Assembly: GCA_003133545.1 (NCBI GenBank)
Contig: PKYA01000062.1
Coordinates: 7,135 to 71,134 of the forward strand
Source of the DNA: Acidimicrobiaceae bacterium
GTDB lineage: Bacteria > Actinomycetota > Acidimicrobiia > Acidimicrobiales > RAAP-2
Length of the DNA stretch: 64,000 nucleotides
Direction of reading: 5' to 3'
Shown here: positions 1 through 9,146 of the stretch, piece after piece
Numbering within the stretch: position 1 is the stretch's first letter
Layout: each line of letters opens with the position of its first letter
Program-made: the position numbers and the translations under genes
The notes under the pieces: model-generated
Databases searched by the model: none
Told to the model about the DNA's origin: nothing
The model's input: the letters and a program-made list of their open reading frames with translations, nothing else

Positions 1-499
1 CTTCGAGGCCCAGGACGTGGTGGCGTGTCACGCCGTAGCGCACGGCCCGCATGCCCCCGGCGTTGGTGGCGACGTTGCCGCCGAGCGAGGCGCTCTGCTC
101 CCCGGGCGAGACGGGATAGATCAGCCCGAGCGGCGCCAGGGCGGCGTCGAGCTCCGCGAGGGTGACGCCCGGCTCCACCACGGCCAGCTGGTTCTCGGTG
201 TCGATCTCCCTGATGGCGCGCATGCGGTCGAAACCGAGGACGATCCCGTCTGCCACCGGCAGGCACCCGCCCGACAGCCCCGTCCCGCTGCCCCGGACGA
301 CGACGGGCAGGTGGTTCTCGCTGGCCACGCGCAGGATCTCGCTGACCTCCGCGGTGGAGGCAGGCAACACGACGGCCAGCGGCGTGACGGGCCGCGCCGT
401 CATGGCCTCGTCGTGGGTGTAGTCGGCGTGCACCGCGTCGCCGGAGAGGACATTGGGGTCGCCGACCACTTTGCGCAGCTGCGTCAGCACTTCAGCCAT
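1..499 (-). CDS. FAD-binding oxidoreductase, GlcD / D-lactate dehydrogenase family (N-terminal part; 3' end lies beyond the window edge)
   Basis: Own translation of the minus strand from ATG at 497-499: MAEVLTQLRKVVGDPNVLSGDAVHADYTHDE...LAVVLPASTAEVSEILRVASENHLPVVVRGSGTGLSGG...GGNVATNAGGMRAVRYGVTRHHVLGLE. This matches the FAD_binding_4-type signature. It is missing from the ORF track only because it runs off the edge. Strong G/C third-position bias. Confidence 0.75.
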   Translation of the reverse strand, partial: MAEVLTQLRKVVGDPNVLSGDAVHADYTHDEAMTARPVTPLAVVLPASTAEVSEILRVASENHLPVVVRGSGTGLSGGCLPVADGIVLGFDRMRAIREIDTENQLAVVEPGVTLAELDAALAPLGLIYPVSPGEQSASLGGNVATNAGGMRAVRYGVTRHHVLGLE

Positions 500-539
500 C
501 GCGCCTCCCCTTGTGTCCCGGTCACTCGACCCGCCGACA

Positions 540-2213
540 CTACCGGCCAGGCTCGTCGTCGCCTTCGTCGGCGGTGAGTCGTTGCCGGAGCTCGGCCACC
601 CGGGCCGCCACGTCCGCTGCGGCCGTGGGCGCGGCGGCCTGGGCCAGCCGCGCGATCGTGCGCGCAATGGGCTCGAGCCACGGGCTGGGGGAGCGGGACC
701 GGGCCGGCTCGGATCCCGAGGACGCTCCGTCGCGCTCGGACCAGCTGCACCACAACTCCTCCTCGGCGCGGGTCAGGGCGACGTAGAGCAGGCGGCGCTC
801 CTCGTCGAGCGCCGCGGCGGTCTGGGCCGATGCCAGCGGCATCAGGCCGGCGCTCAGCCCGAGGACCAGCACCGTGTGCCACTGCAACCCCTTGGCCCGG
901 TGGAACGTCGTCAGGACCACCCGGTCGTGGTCGACCTCTTCGTTGTCGGGTTCCTCGTCGTGCTCGAGGTGACGGCGCCCCGCGCCGCCGCCGCGTACGT
1001 CACTGGCCGGACCCAGATCGGAACCGGCCACCTGGCACGGCACGTTTGCCGCCTCCATGGCCACCTGCACGGCCGCCAACTGGGCGTTCGTGCGGACCAG
1101 CACGGCGATGCTGGACCAGCGCCTCCCGGGTGCGCGTGACTGCTTGGCCCGCTGAGCGGCCCAGGCGGCCTCGTCGGCGTCGGTGGCGTGTGCGATGACC
1201 GTGGGCACGGGGCCGTCCACCCGGCTGCTCGAGGCGGCGTCGATCTCGCGCAACACGGCCTCGTCGGTCTCGCTCTCCCGCAGCACGGCGGTGGCGACCG
1301 CCACCACCTGAGGGGTGCAGCGGTGGTTCTCGTCCAGGCGGATCACCGTGGTCCCGCGCAGGATATCGGGCAGGCGGTAGAGGAGCGTCGGGTCCGCACC
1401 GTTGAACCCGTACACCGATTGGTTGGGGTCTCCCACCACGAAGAGATCGGGCTCGTCGGAGAGCAGCGCCGTCAACAGGCGGAACTGCGCCGGGTTGACG
1501 TCCTGCATCTCGTCGACGAAGAGGTGGCGGGTGCGCCAGCGCACCGCGTCGGCGAAGGCGGCGTCGCCCGCCAACGCGTCCGCACAGGCGATGATCAGGT
1601 CGTCGAAGTCAAGGAGGCGGCGGCGCACGCGCTCGGTCTCGTAGCGGGCGAAGACATCGGCGATCTGCCCGGCGCTGATGCCGCTCCGCCGCTTGGCCCG
1701 GTGCGCCTCCGCCTCGTAGCGGCCGGGCGGCACCAGCCGGGCCTTGGCCCATCCGATCTCACCGTCGAGCGCGCGCATCCGGCGCGGGTCGCTCGCCGCC
1801 ACCTCGGCCAGCAGCCGGCGCCGGTCGGGCAGGAGCTGGGGTTCGGGTCGTCCCCGCTGGGCCCGGTGCTCGCGCAGCAGGCCGAGCGCGGTGTGATGGA
1901 AGGTCCCCGCTTTCACACCGGTCACCCCGAGCGACCACAGCCGGGTGCGGAGCTCTTCGGCCGCTTTGCGGCTGAAGGTGGTCACGAGGGCGCGGTCGGG
2001 CTCCATGGAGCCGTCACGGACCCGCCGGGCCACCCGCAGCGTGAGCACCCTGGTCTTCCCGGCGCCGGCGCCGGCCATGACGCAGAGGAGTGGCTCGTCG
2101 GACTCGATGGCGGCCCGCTGCGCCAGGGTGAGGCGGCTTGCCCCCGGGAGCGTCTCCCAGGCTTCGTTCTCGAACATGGTCACCACTGTGCTCACCGTAC
2201 CGAACGGTTGCAT
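540..2213 (-). CDS. UvrD/Rep-family ATP-dependent DNA helicase (short, 546-557 aa)
   Basis: Walker A MAGAGAGKTRVL, TFHHTALGLL, FDDLI, VDEMQDVNPAQ (DEXQ), VVGDPNQSVYGFNGADP, HRAKGLQW, LLYVALTRAEEEL. Alternative start MFENEAW at 2177. Confidence 0.85.
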   Translation of the reverse strand: MQPFGTVSTVVTMFENEAWETLPGASRLTLAQRAAIESDEPLLCVMAGAGAGKTRVLTLRVARRVRDGSMEPDRALVTTFSRKAAEELRTRLWSLGVTGVKAGTFHHTALGLLREHRAQRGRPEPQLLPDRRRLLAEVAASDPRRMRALDGEIGWAKARLVPPGRYEAEAHRAKRRSGISAGQIADVFARYETERVRRRLLDFDDLIIACADALAGDAAFADAVRWRTRHLFVDEMQDVNPAQFRLLTALLSDEPDLFVVGDPNQSVYGFNGADPTLLYRLPDILRGTTVIRLDENHRCTPQVVAVATAVLRESETDEAVLREIDAASSSRVDGPVPTVIAHATDADEAAWAAQRAKQSRAPGRRWSSIAVLVRTNAQLAAVQVAMEAANVPCQVAGSDLGPASDVRGGGAGRRHLEHDEEPDNEEVDHDRVVLTTFHRAKGLQWHTVLVLGLSAGLMPLASAQTAAALDEERRLLYVALTRAEEELWCSWSERDGASSGSEPARSRSPSPWLEPIARTIARLAQAAAPTAAADVAARVAELRQRLTADEGDDEPGR

Positions 2214-2353
2214 CGGGGTCCGGGGGTCCGTCGCTTCGGTAGGGTGACCCGGCAGTTCGGACAGGTGAGAAGGGCGAGGTTGACCGCCATGGGCAGGAAG
2301 GAGCCGCAGGTGGCAGTGGGTGTGCCTGCCGGCGCGGGCGGGGCGGGCTGATT

Positions 2354-3100
2354 TTGCTCCGGACGTTTGCCGACGGGCACCTCTTCGGTTCGGTCACCGG
2401 GACCGGCGCGCCGCAGGTCCTCGCCCTGCACGGCTGGGCCCGCTCCCACCGCGACTTCGATGCCGTGTTGGCGCCGCCTGGCGCGCCGCCGCTACGGGCC
2501 GTGGCGCTCGACCTGCCAGGGTTCGGGGTGTCCCCCCCGCCCGCCGAGGCCTGGGGCGCCGCGGCCTACGCCGAGGCCCTGGCGCCGGTGCTCGATGACA
2601 TGGACGCGCCGGTGGTCGTGCTCGGCCACTCCTTCGGCGGTCGCGTGGCAGTGCATCTCGCCACCCAGCGCCCCGATGCGGTGCGGGCCCTCGTGCTCAC
2701 CGGCGTCCCCTTGCTGCACCCGCTCGACCGGCGCTCCCGGGTGGCGGTGGGCTACAAGCTCGTCCGCCGGCTACACCGGATGGGAGTCGTCTCCGACCGC
2801 GCGCTCGAAGCAGCGCGGCAGCGGCACGGATCGGCGGACTACAAGGCCGCGCAGGGCATCATGCGCCAGGTGCACGTGCGGGCGGTCAACGAGACCTATG
2901 AAGCGCAACTCGACGCCGTGCGTTGTCCGGTCCACCTCGTCTGGGGGGCCGATGACACGGTGGTGCCGGTCGAGGTGGCGCAGCGCGCGCTCGCCCGGCT
3001 CGCCCAGGGCGATCTCGCCACGTATCCCGGCGTCGGCCACCTCACCCCGCTCTTGATTCCCACCGAGCTTCGTTCCGCCGTCGTGGCGTGCTCGTCGTAA
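2354..3100 (+). CDS. alpha/beta-fold hydrolase
   Basis: VLALHGW, nucleophile elbow GHSFGGRVA, VWGADDTVVP, GVGHL. TTG start. The 3' end overlaps the next gene start by 13 nt. Confidence 0.8.
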   Translation: MLRTFADGHLFGSVTGTGAPQVLALHGWARSHRDFDAVLAPPGAPPLRAVALDLPGFGVSPPPAEAWGAAAYAEALAPVLDDMDAPVVVLGHSFGGRVAVHLATQRPDAVRALVLTGVPLLHPLDRRSRVAVGYKLVRRLHRMGVVSDRALEAARQRHGSADYKAAQGIMRQVHVRAVNETYEAQLDAVRCPVHLVWGADDTVVPVEVAQRALARLAQGDLATYPGVGHLTPLLIPTELRSAVVACSS

Positions 3101-4611
3101 TCGGCGCCGTTGCCAGCGCGCTGGCGCTGGTGCCGGCCGGGGCCCGGTGGCTGCGCGTGGCCCAGCGCGAGCACTACCTGCCCGGTTCCACCGCGCGGTT
3201 CGCCTGGCGCTGGTGGAGGGGGGGACCGTTGGCCCCGCTGATGGCGCTCGTCGCGCTGGCCGCGGCCGGCGTCGCCTTCGCCTACCCGCTGGTGGCGCTG
3301 GGCACGGCGGCCGTGGTGATCGTCGGGCCGCCGCACCTCGGCGTGCGCGGGCGCACGGCGCCGCTCGCGTTCACCCGGCGGCTTCGCCTCCTGGTCGCAG
3401 TGTGGCTGGTGCTCCAGGCGGCGGTGCTGGTCATCGGGATCCTGGTGCACCGCGCCGCCCCTGTCGCCGCGCTCGGCGCCTGCGCGGCACCCCTCCTGGT
3501 CGATGCCGCCTGCGCCGTGCTCGCGCCGGTGGAGCGCCGGCTGGTGACGCCGTACATCACCGCGGCGCGCACCCGGCTCGCGCAGGTGAATCCCACCGTG
3601 GTGGCGATCACGGGCTCGTTCGGGAAGACCTCCACCAAGCAGCACGTGGCCCACCTGGTCGCGGGGACGTGCACGGTCGTGGCGAGCCCGGCATCGTTCA
3701 ACAACCGGGCCGGGCTCGCCCGCGCCGTCAACGAGCACCTCACTGCGGGCACCGATGTCTTCGTGGCCGAGATGGGTACCTACGGGAAGGGTGAGATCGC
3801 CGAGCTCTGCCGCTGGTGCCCCCCTGCCATCGCCGTGCTCACGGCGATCGGGCCGGTGCATCTGGAGCGCTTCAAGACGGAGGAGGCGATCGTGGCCGCC
3901 AAGGCCGAGATCACCGAGACGGCGCACACGGTCGTGCTCAACGTCGACGATCCCCGCCTGGCCGCGTTGGCCGACCAACTGGTCGAAGCCGGCGGCAAGA
4001 CGGTGCTGCGTTGTTCCGCCACCGATCCGGCGGCGGACGTCTTCGTGGACGCCTCCGGCGGCATGGTCTCGGTCCGTGCGGCCGGTGCCGACATCGGTGC
4101 CGCCGTCGCGGTCCCGGGCTCGGTGCAACCGACCAACCTGGCCTGTGCCCTCGCCGCCGCCTTCGCGCTGGGGGTGCCGCACGATGTCGCGCTGGCGCGC
4201 ACCAGCTCCCTCCCTCCGGTGCCGAACCGCCTGGCCTCCGCCCAGGCGCCCTCGGGAGCCTGGGTCATCGACGACACCTTCAACTCGAATCCCCGCGGGG
4301 CCCGGGCGGCCCTGGCCACCTTGGCCGAGCTGGGAGCTTCGGGGCGCCGCGTCGTGGTCACCCCGGGCATGGTCGAGCTCGGGCCGCGCCAGTTCGCGGA
4401 GAACCGGTCCTTTGCCGAGGCCGTGGCCGCGTGCGCCACCGACCTGGTGATCGTCGGCCAAACCAACCGGCGCGCCCTGCGGGCAGGGGCGCCCCCGCTC
4501 CGACCGCTCTGCGTCGCGACCAGGGAGCAAGCGGTTGCATGGGTCCGTGCCACCCTCGGGCCCGGCGACGCCGTGCTGTACGAGAACGACCTGCCGGACC
4601 ACTACCGTTGA
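3088..4611 (+). CDS. Mur ligase family protein, MurF-like catalytic core preceded by a ~170-aa polytopic hydrophobic N-terminal region
   Basis: P-loop ITGSFGKTSTKQ, VAEMGTYGKGEIAEL...IAVLTAIGPVHLERF, C-terminal VIDDTFNSNPRGARAAL and VVVTPGMVELG. The N-terminus carries 4-5 hydrophobic stretches (MLVVIGAVASALALVPAGA, LMALVALAAAGVAFAYPLVALGTAAVVIV, LLVAVWLVLQAAVLVIGILV). Confidence 0.75.
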   Translation: MLVVIGAVASALALVPAGARWLRVAQREHYLPGSTARFAWRWWRGGPLAPLMALVALAAAGVAFAYPLVALGTAAVVIVGPPHLGVRGRTAPLAFTRRLRLLVAVWLVLQAAVLVIGILVHRAAPVAALGACAAPLLVDAACAVLAPVERRLVTPYITAARTRLAQVNPTVVAITGSFGKTSTKQHVAHLVAGTCTVVASPASFNNRAGLARAVNEHLTAGTDVFVAEMGTYGKGEIAELCRWCPPAIAVLTAIGPVHLERFKTEEAIVAAKAEITETAHTVVLNVDDPRLAALADQLVEAGGKTVLRCSATDPAADVFVDASGGMVSVRAAGADIGAAVAVPGSVQPTNLACALAAAFALGVPHDVALARTSSLPPVPNRLASAQAPSGAWVIDDTFNSNPRGARAALATLAELGASGRRVVVTPGMVELGPRQFAENRSFAEAVAACATDLVIVGQTNRRALRAGAPPLRPLCVATREQAVAWVRATLGPGDAVLYENDLPDHYR

Positions 4612-4685
4612 GGCCGCCTCAGCGGGGGACCGTTGGCCGGCGCGGCCATCCGGCCATCTGACATCACCGAAGCGAGGGATCGAAC

Positions 4686-5810
4686 GTGCCTGATATCGCC
4701 GTGATCCTCGGGGGTCCGTCTCCCGAGCACGACGTCAGTGTCCTCACCGGACTGCAGGCGGCCCATGAGCTCCAGCGCGCCGGCCGGACGGTGCACGCCC
4801 TGTACTGGTCCAAGACGGCCGAGTGGTTCGCCGTCGATGCGGCGTTGGAGGCGGACGCGTTCCTCGACGGCGTACCCCGGGGCGCCCAGCCCCTGCGGCT
4901 CGTCCTCGGGGCCGGGGGCGGATTCGAAGCCGTGGGCGGTCGCTTCACCAAGCAGCGGGCGACGGCGTTCGAGGTCGCAGTGGTGTGCTGCCACGGCGGC
5001 CCGGGGGAGGACGGGACGCTGCAGGGCGCGCTCGACGGCGCTGGCATCGCCTACACCGGACCCGGGGTGGCTGCCGCGGCGTTGGGCATGGACAAGCTGG
5101 CTTTTGCCGGCGTGATGACGGCTGCCGGCATCCGGACCCTGCCCCGCGTCGCCCTGACGCCCGCGACCGACGGGGTTGCATTCGGCGGCCCGTACATCGT
5201 GAAGCCGCGCTTCGGCGGCTCCTCCATCGGGATCAAGGTGGTCGAGGACGTGACGACGGCGCGGGCTCTCCTCCGGAGCAGCGTGCACCTGCGCGACGGC
5301 GCCGTGCTCGAACCGTTCCGTCCCGACCTCTTCGACGTGCAGGTGGCGCTGCGCCGCTGGCCCGACACCGAGGTGTCGGCCATAGAGCGTCCCCTCCGCT
5401 CGCCGGGCGGATCCGGTGCGGCCGGGGGCGAGATCTTGGGGTACACCGACAAGTACGTGGGGGGAGAGGGCATGGCCAGCGCCCCGCGCCAGCTCCCGGC
5501 CGAGCTGCCGGCGGGGGTCGCGGAGGCCGTCCGGGCTGCGGCGCGCCGCATCGGTGACCTCGCCCTCGTCCGCGGGGTGGCCCGGATCGACTTTCTGACG
5601 GACGGGGACGACCTCGTCGTGAACGAGATCAACACCATTCCGGGCTCGTTGGCCCGCTATCTGTGGATCGATCCCGCGGTGCCCTTCGCGCGCCTGCTGA
5701 GCGACATGGTTGCCGAAGCGGTGGCCCGGCCCACCGGGCGTTACAGCGCAGCGGGCGCCGATGGCCTGGTCCTGCGTGGGGCCTCCTCCATCGCAGCCAA
5801 GCTGGCGTGA
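4686..5810 (+). CDS. ddl: D-alanine--D-alanine ligase family ATP-grasp enzyme
   Basis: IAVILGGPSPEHDVSVLTG, HGGPGEDGTLQGALD, MDKLAF, IVKPRFGGSSIGI, ARIDFL, VVNEINTIPG. Confidence 0.8.
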   Translation: MPDIAVILGGPSPEHDVSVLTGLQAAHELQRAGRTVHALYWSKTAEWFAVDAALEADAFLDGVPRGAQPLRLVLGAGGGFEAVGGRFTKQRATAFEVAVVCCHGGPGEDGTLQGALDGAGIAYTGPGVAAAALGMDKLAFAGVMTAAGIRTLPRVALTPATDGVAFGGPYIVKPRFGGSSIGIKVVEDVTTARALLRSSVHLRDGAVLEPFRPDLFDVQVALRRWPDTEVSAIERPLRSPGGSGAAGGEILGYTDKYVGGEGMASAPRQLPAELPAGVAEAVRAAARRIGDLALVRGVARIDFLTDGDDLVVNEINTIPGSLARYLWIDPAVPFARLLSDMVAEAVARPTGRYSAAGADGLVLRGASSIAAKLA

Positions 5811-5820
5811 GCGACGCCTC

Positions 5821-8415
5821 TCAGCGGTCCGGGTTGACGGCACCCACCAGCACGCGCCGGGCCAGCTCGTCGTAGAGGCGCTCGGTGCGCGGTGACGGTG
5901 CGCTCCCGGGATCGAGCTCGTCGATCCTGCGCTGGCATTCGCGCCACTCCCGGCGCAGTCCGTCGGCGTCGCTGGCCGCCGCGGCCACCTGCATGGCGGC
6001 GCGTGAGATCGCTTCGCTGTAGGGATCGACCAGGCGGGCGCGCGCGAGTCCCCAGCGCGCGAGGTCGTAGAGCCCGGCGCTGACCGCAAGGCGCGCGAGG
6101 TCGCTCGCGGCGTCGACGAGCACGGCGGCGATGCGGGCGCCGTGACCCTCCGCCTCCCACCAGGTGTACCCCGACAGAGCGTTGGCCAGCGGCTCACCCT
6201 CCACGAGGCCGAGCGCGGCGCGCAGGAGGGCCATGGCCACTTCGGGGTCCTCTGCTGTGCGCCCTTCGGCGGCCAGGGTGGCGGCCCGGTGCGCATCGAC
6301 GGTGACCGCGTCGGTCACGTGGTAGTGCCCGCTGCGGGTGCCCGGCGGGAGCAACGGCACCCCGGCCGCGTCGGTGCCCATGGCACGCCGCGCCGCCGTT
6401 GCGATGTTGAACAGGGTCTTCGACGCGGCATCGGCATCGGAGGACCCGAGGACCCGCGAGCGCAACCGGTCGCTCGTGACCTCTTCGTCGTGATGCAGCG
6501 CCAGGTAGGCGACCAGCTCCACGGCGCGGCGTGCTCGGTTCGGTGCCAGCGCCGCCCGCAGGCCATCGAGCCGTGGCGTCGGCGTCAACAGCCGTACCTC
6601 GACCGTGCCGGGGCTCGGCGGTGCCGGCCCATCAGGGGTGCCCCCGCCTTCGGCGTGACTCCCGGCGGCGAGCGGCATCTCGTCTCGAAGGTGCGCCGCG
6701 CCGCCCATGCGCAGCTCCGCCGGGCGCGCTGCGTCATCGGGCAACGGGGTTGCCACGAGTTGGCCCACCGCGTCGGCGCTGTCGTGGCCCAACAGGTGCG
6801 GGCGCACGGTCCGGGCCAACGGGTGGATCGATGCGGCGCGGTGGTCGGCGAGCACGGCCACGTCGCTGGCCGGCACGTGCGCCAGGGTGACCACCGAGAC
6901 CGCCCGTGCCAGCGACTCGGGGAGCAGCGTCGGATCGCCGAAGAAGAGGACGTGCGGAGTGTCGTCCGGGTAAATGGCGCTGGCGTCGTGCCAGCCCACC
7001 TCGTTGGCCGCGGCGTCGGGGTCGGCGGTGACCAGGACGGTGTCGGCCCACGCCCAGGCCTCTTGCACGGGGCGGGCCGCCCGCCACAGGGCGCCCGCCG
7101 CTTCGCCCAGCAGGGGCAGACAGATGCCGGGCTGCACCGGGACCAGCCAGGTGCCGTCGCCGTCCTCCCCGATCGGCAGGACAATGGGCAGGTACGGCCG
7201 CCCGACGTCGTGCGAGGGATCGTCCTCGTGCGCGGCATGCCAGGCGCGGCCGTCGGCGGTGAGGCTGAAACCGGCGGGAGCGGCGCGTCCGGGATCGCAG
7301 AGCCAGAAGTCCACGCCGGCCGCACCCACGCAGACGGCACGGATCCCGACTCGGCGCTCCGACGGCCCCACTCCGCAAAGTGCGTCCGCCAGCCGGCAGT
7401 TCGCGGCCTCGAAGGCGTGCAGGGCGGGCACGCCCGAGAAGCGGGCGAGGAGGACCTCCGTGTCGATGGCGCGCGCGGGGAGCACGAATTCGGGCTCGTC
7501 CGCCGGGGGTGTCAGCTGACGGAGCAGGCGGGCCCGCCGCGACCGCCGTGCCAGCGCGGCACACGCGATGGCCCCGATCCCCAATGCGGCGAGCTCGGGC
7601 AGCCCCGAGGCCGGCGCCCGCGCGTCGGGTTTGGCGTGATGCGGAGTGACCGTGAAGGCCCGCTGGTAGGAGACCGGGACGGCCGGCGTCTCCGTCGGGG
7701 CCGCCGGCGGCGCCGCCGACGGGGCCACCGGGTCCGGGGGCAATGCGGGGCCGGAGATGTCCGTGGTCGGGGGAGCGGGCATCAGCAGTGTCCAGCCGGC
7801 GTAGATCCGGCTCGGGTCCACGAAGCGCAGACCGTCAGGCATCATCCGGCCCAGGTTCAGCGCGGCGATGGCGGGCCAGTCGGACCCGTCTCCCAACTGC
7901 GCGTCGGCGATCGACCACAGTGAATCGCCGGGACGGACGACGTAGGTGGTCGGCACCGGTACCGGAGCCGGAGCGTGCGCCGGCAGGGCACTGGTGCCCG
8001 GCACCACTGACTCCGTGCGCGGGGCCGTGGTGGCGGCACCGGCCGTGGCAGTCAGGGCGACCGGCGCCGCCAACGCCGTCAGGGTCAGCACGCCGGCGGC
8101 GAGGCGCGCCGCGATCCTCTCGGTGAGGGTGGCGCTGGAGGCGGGACTGATGTGGCCCCGGCGGACCTGTGCGATGACCGAGCGGATCAATTGGGAGCAG
8201 CAGGCCACCCAGGCCACCCACGCCACCAGCACCACGGCCGCCAGTCCGACGCGGGCATCATGGTTCAGTTGATGTCCCAGCCCTCCGGACAGGGGATCGC
8301 CCACGACAGTGACAAGGACCACCGGGGTGGCGCCGAAGGCGAGCAGGGCGGTGAGCAGCGAGCCCACGAGGTCGGCCGCCTTCTTGGCGCTGGCATGGGT
8401 GCGGCGACTACCCAC
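5821..8415 (-). CDS. membrane protein with extracytoplasmic LysM domain and cytoplasmic SARP-type winged-helix + BTAD region
   Basis: N-terminal TM helices. LysM YVVRPGDSLWSIADAQLGDGSDWPAIAALN. A further TM (LAALGIGAIACAALARRSRR). wHTH-like VEVRLLTPTPRLDG...AVELVAYLALHHDEEVTSDRLRSRVLG. BTAD-like WWEAEGHGARIAAVLVDA...LYDLARWGLARARLVDPYSEAISRAAMQ. The start overlaps the upstream gene by 8 nt. Confidence 0.75.
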   Translation of the reverse strand: MGSRRTHASAKKAADLVGSLLTALLAFGATPVVLVTVVGDPLSGGLGHQLNHDARVGLAAVVLVAWVAWVACCSQLIRSVIAQVRRGHISPASSATLTERIAARLAAGVLTLTALAAPVALTATAGAATTAPRTESVVPGTSALPAHAPAPVPVPTTYVVRPGDSLWSIADAQLGDGSDWPAIAALNLGRMMPDGLRFVDPSRIYAGWTLLMPAPPTTDISGPALPPDPVAPSAAPPAAPTETPAVPVSYQRAFTVTPHHAKPDARAPASGLPELAALGIGAIACAALARRSRRARLLRQLTPPADEPEFVLPARAIDTEVLLARFSGVPALHAFEAANCRLADALCGVGPSERRVGIRAVCVGAAGVDFWLCDPGRAAPAGFSLTADGRAWHAAHEDDPSHDVGRPYLPIVLPIGEDGDGTWLVPVQPGICLPLLGEAAGALWRAARPVQEAWAWADTVLVTADPDAAANEVGWHDASAIYPDDTPHVLFFGDPTLLPESLARAVSVVTLAHVPASDVAVLADHRAASIHPLARTVRPHLLGHDSADAVGQLVATPLPDDAARPAELRMGGAAHLRDEMPLAAGSHAEGGGTPDGPAPPSPGTVEVRLLTPTPRLDGLRAALAPNRARRAVELVAYLALHHDEEVTSDRLRSRVLGSSDADAASKTLFNIATAARRAMGTDAAGVPLLPPGTRSGHYHVTDAVTVDAHRAATLAAEGRTAEDPEVAMALLRAALGLVEGEPLANALSGYTWWEAEGHGARIAAVLVDAASDLARLAVSAGLYDLARWGLARARLVDPYSEAISRAAMQVAAAASDADGLRREWRECQRRIDELDPGSAPSPRTERLYDELARRVLVGAVNPDR

Positions 8416-9103
8416 CCTCGGCCGGACCGATGGTCAAGGTGTACGGGACCTCGTCGTATTGGACGATGGTCTCCTTGAGCGTGGCCCCGCAGGCCCCATC
8501 GGCATCGGGCAGCACCACGGTGACCGGCGATGGCCCCTCGTCGGTCTGCGTCCCGGCCGGGCACGTCACGGTCAAAGAGAGGATGCTGGAGGACGTCCAG
8601 CTGGCGCTCACCTCCATGGACCCCTGGCCGCTGAAGGAGTAGTTGGCCGTCGCGTCGTCGGGTTGCTGGAGATAGCCCGGGTACGACTCGGTGGGCACGA
8701 CCGGTTGCACCGGTGCGGCAGCGACGTTCGAACCCCGCGCCGGGGAGGCTGCGACCGTGCTGGTCGTCGTGGTGACGACGGGGCCGCTGCTCACCCGCGC
8801 GTCGGTGACCGGTGCGGACGTCGGAGCCGGACCGGCGACCGGCGACGTCGCCGGTGTCTGCGAAGAGCGCACGGTGGTCGAAGTGGTGGTCGTCGTGCTC
8901 GATGCCGGTCCCGCTCGTGATGGGCCCAGGGCTGCATGCGTCCGCGGTCCCGGTTGCTCGCCCAGCGGGTGCGGACGGCCCGCAGCGACGGCAGCCACCA
9001 CTGCGAGGAGTGACAGTGACACGGCCAGGACGACCCACCAATGGGGGCGACTGCGCGCTGGCCGAGAGCCGTCATATTCCCGCCTGGTCGCAACCCCTCC
9101 CAC
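8408..9103 (-). CDS. membrane-anchored protein with Ser/Thr/Pro-rich linker and small Cys-containing C-terminal domain (unknown function)
   Basis: TM WWVVLAVSLSLLAVVAAVAA, a TTTTTSTT/TSPVAGPAPTSAP linker, then YPGYLQQPDDATANYSFSGQGSMEVSASW...LTVTCPAG...DADGACGATL. GC3-rich. Lies between and is coupled to the flanking genes. Confidence 0.55.
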   Translation of the reverse strand: MGGVATRREYDGSRPARSRPHWWVVLAVSLSLLAVVAAVAAGRPHPLGEQPGPRTHAALGPSRAGPASSTTTTTSTTVRSSQTPATSPVAGPAPTSAPVTDARVSSGPVVTTTTSTVAASPARGSNVAAAPVQPVVPTESYPGYLQQPDDATANYSFSGQGSMEVSASWTSSSILSLTVTCPAGTQTDEGPSPVTVVLPDADGACGATLKETIVQYDEVPYTLTIGPAEGG

Positions 9104-9146
9104 GGCGTGACCTTACGCGCCATGCGACATGCGGGAAATCGCGACG

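Noticed and set aside
2896-6296. Long minus-strand ORFs 2896-4602 (568 aa) and 4602-6296 (564 aa), opposite the MurF-like and Ddl genes
   Set aside because: Their translations are Arg/Gly/Pro/His-rich with no motifs. The plus-strand frames carry clear Mur ligase and ATP-grasp signatures. These are typical shadow ORFs of high-GC DNA.
6142-7923. 593-aa plus-strand ORF opposite the LysM-BTAD gene, with further shadows at 11681-13318 (-), 44343-45527 (+), 47655-49211 (+), 51060-52820 (-) and 62277-63968 (-)
   Set aside because: All are antisense or out of frame relative to genes with strong family motifs, and all show low-complexity R/G/P/H composition.
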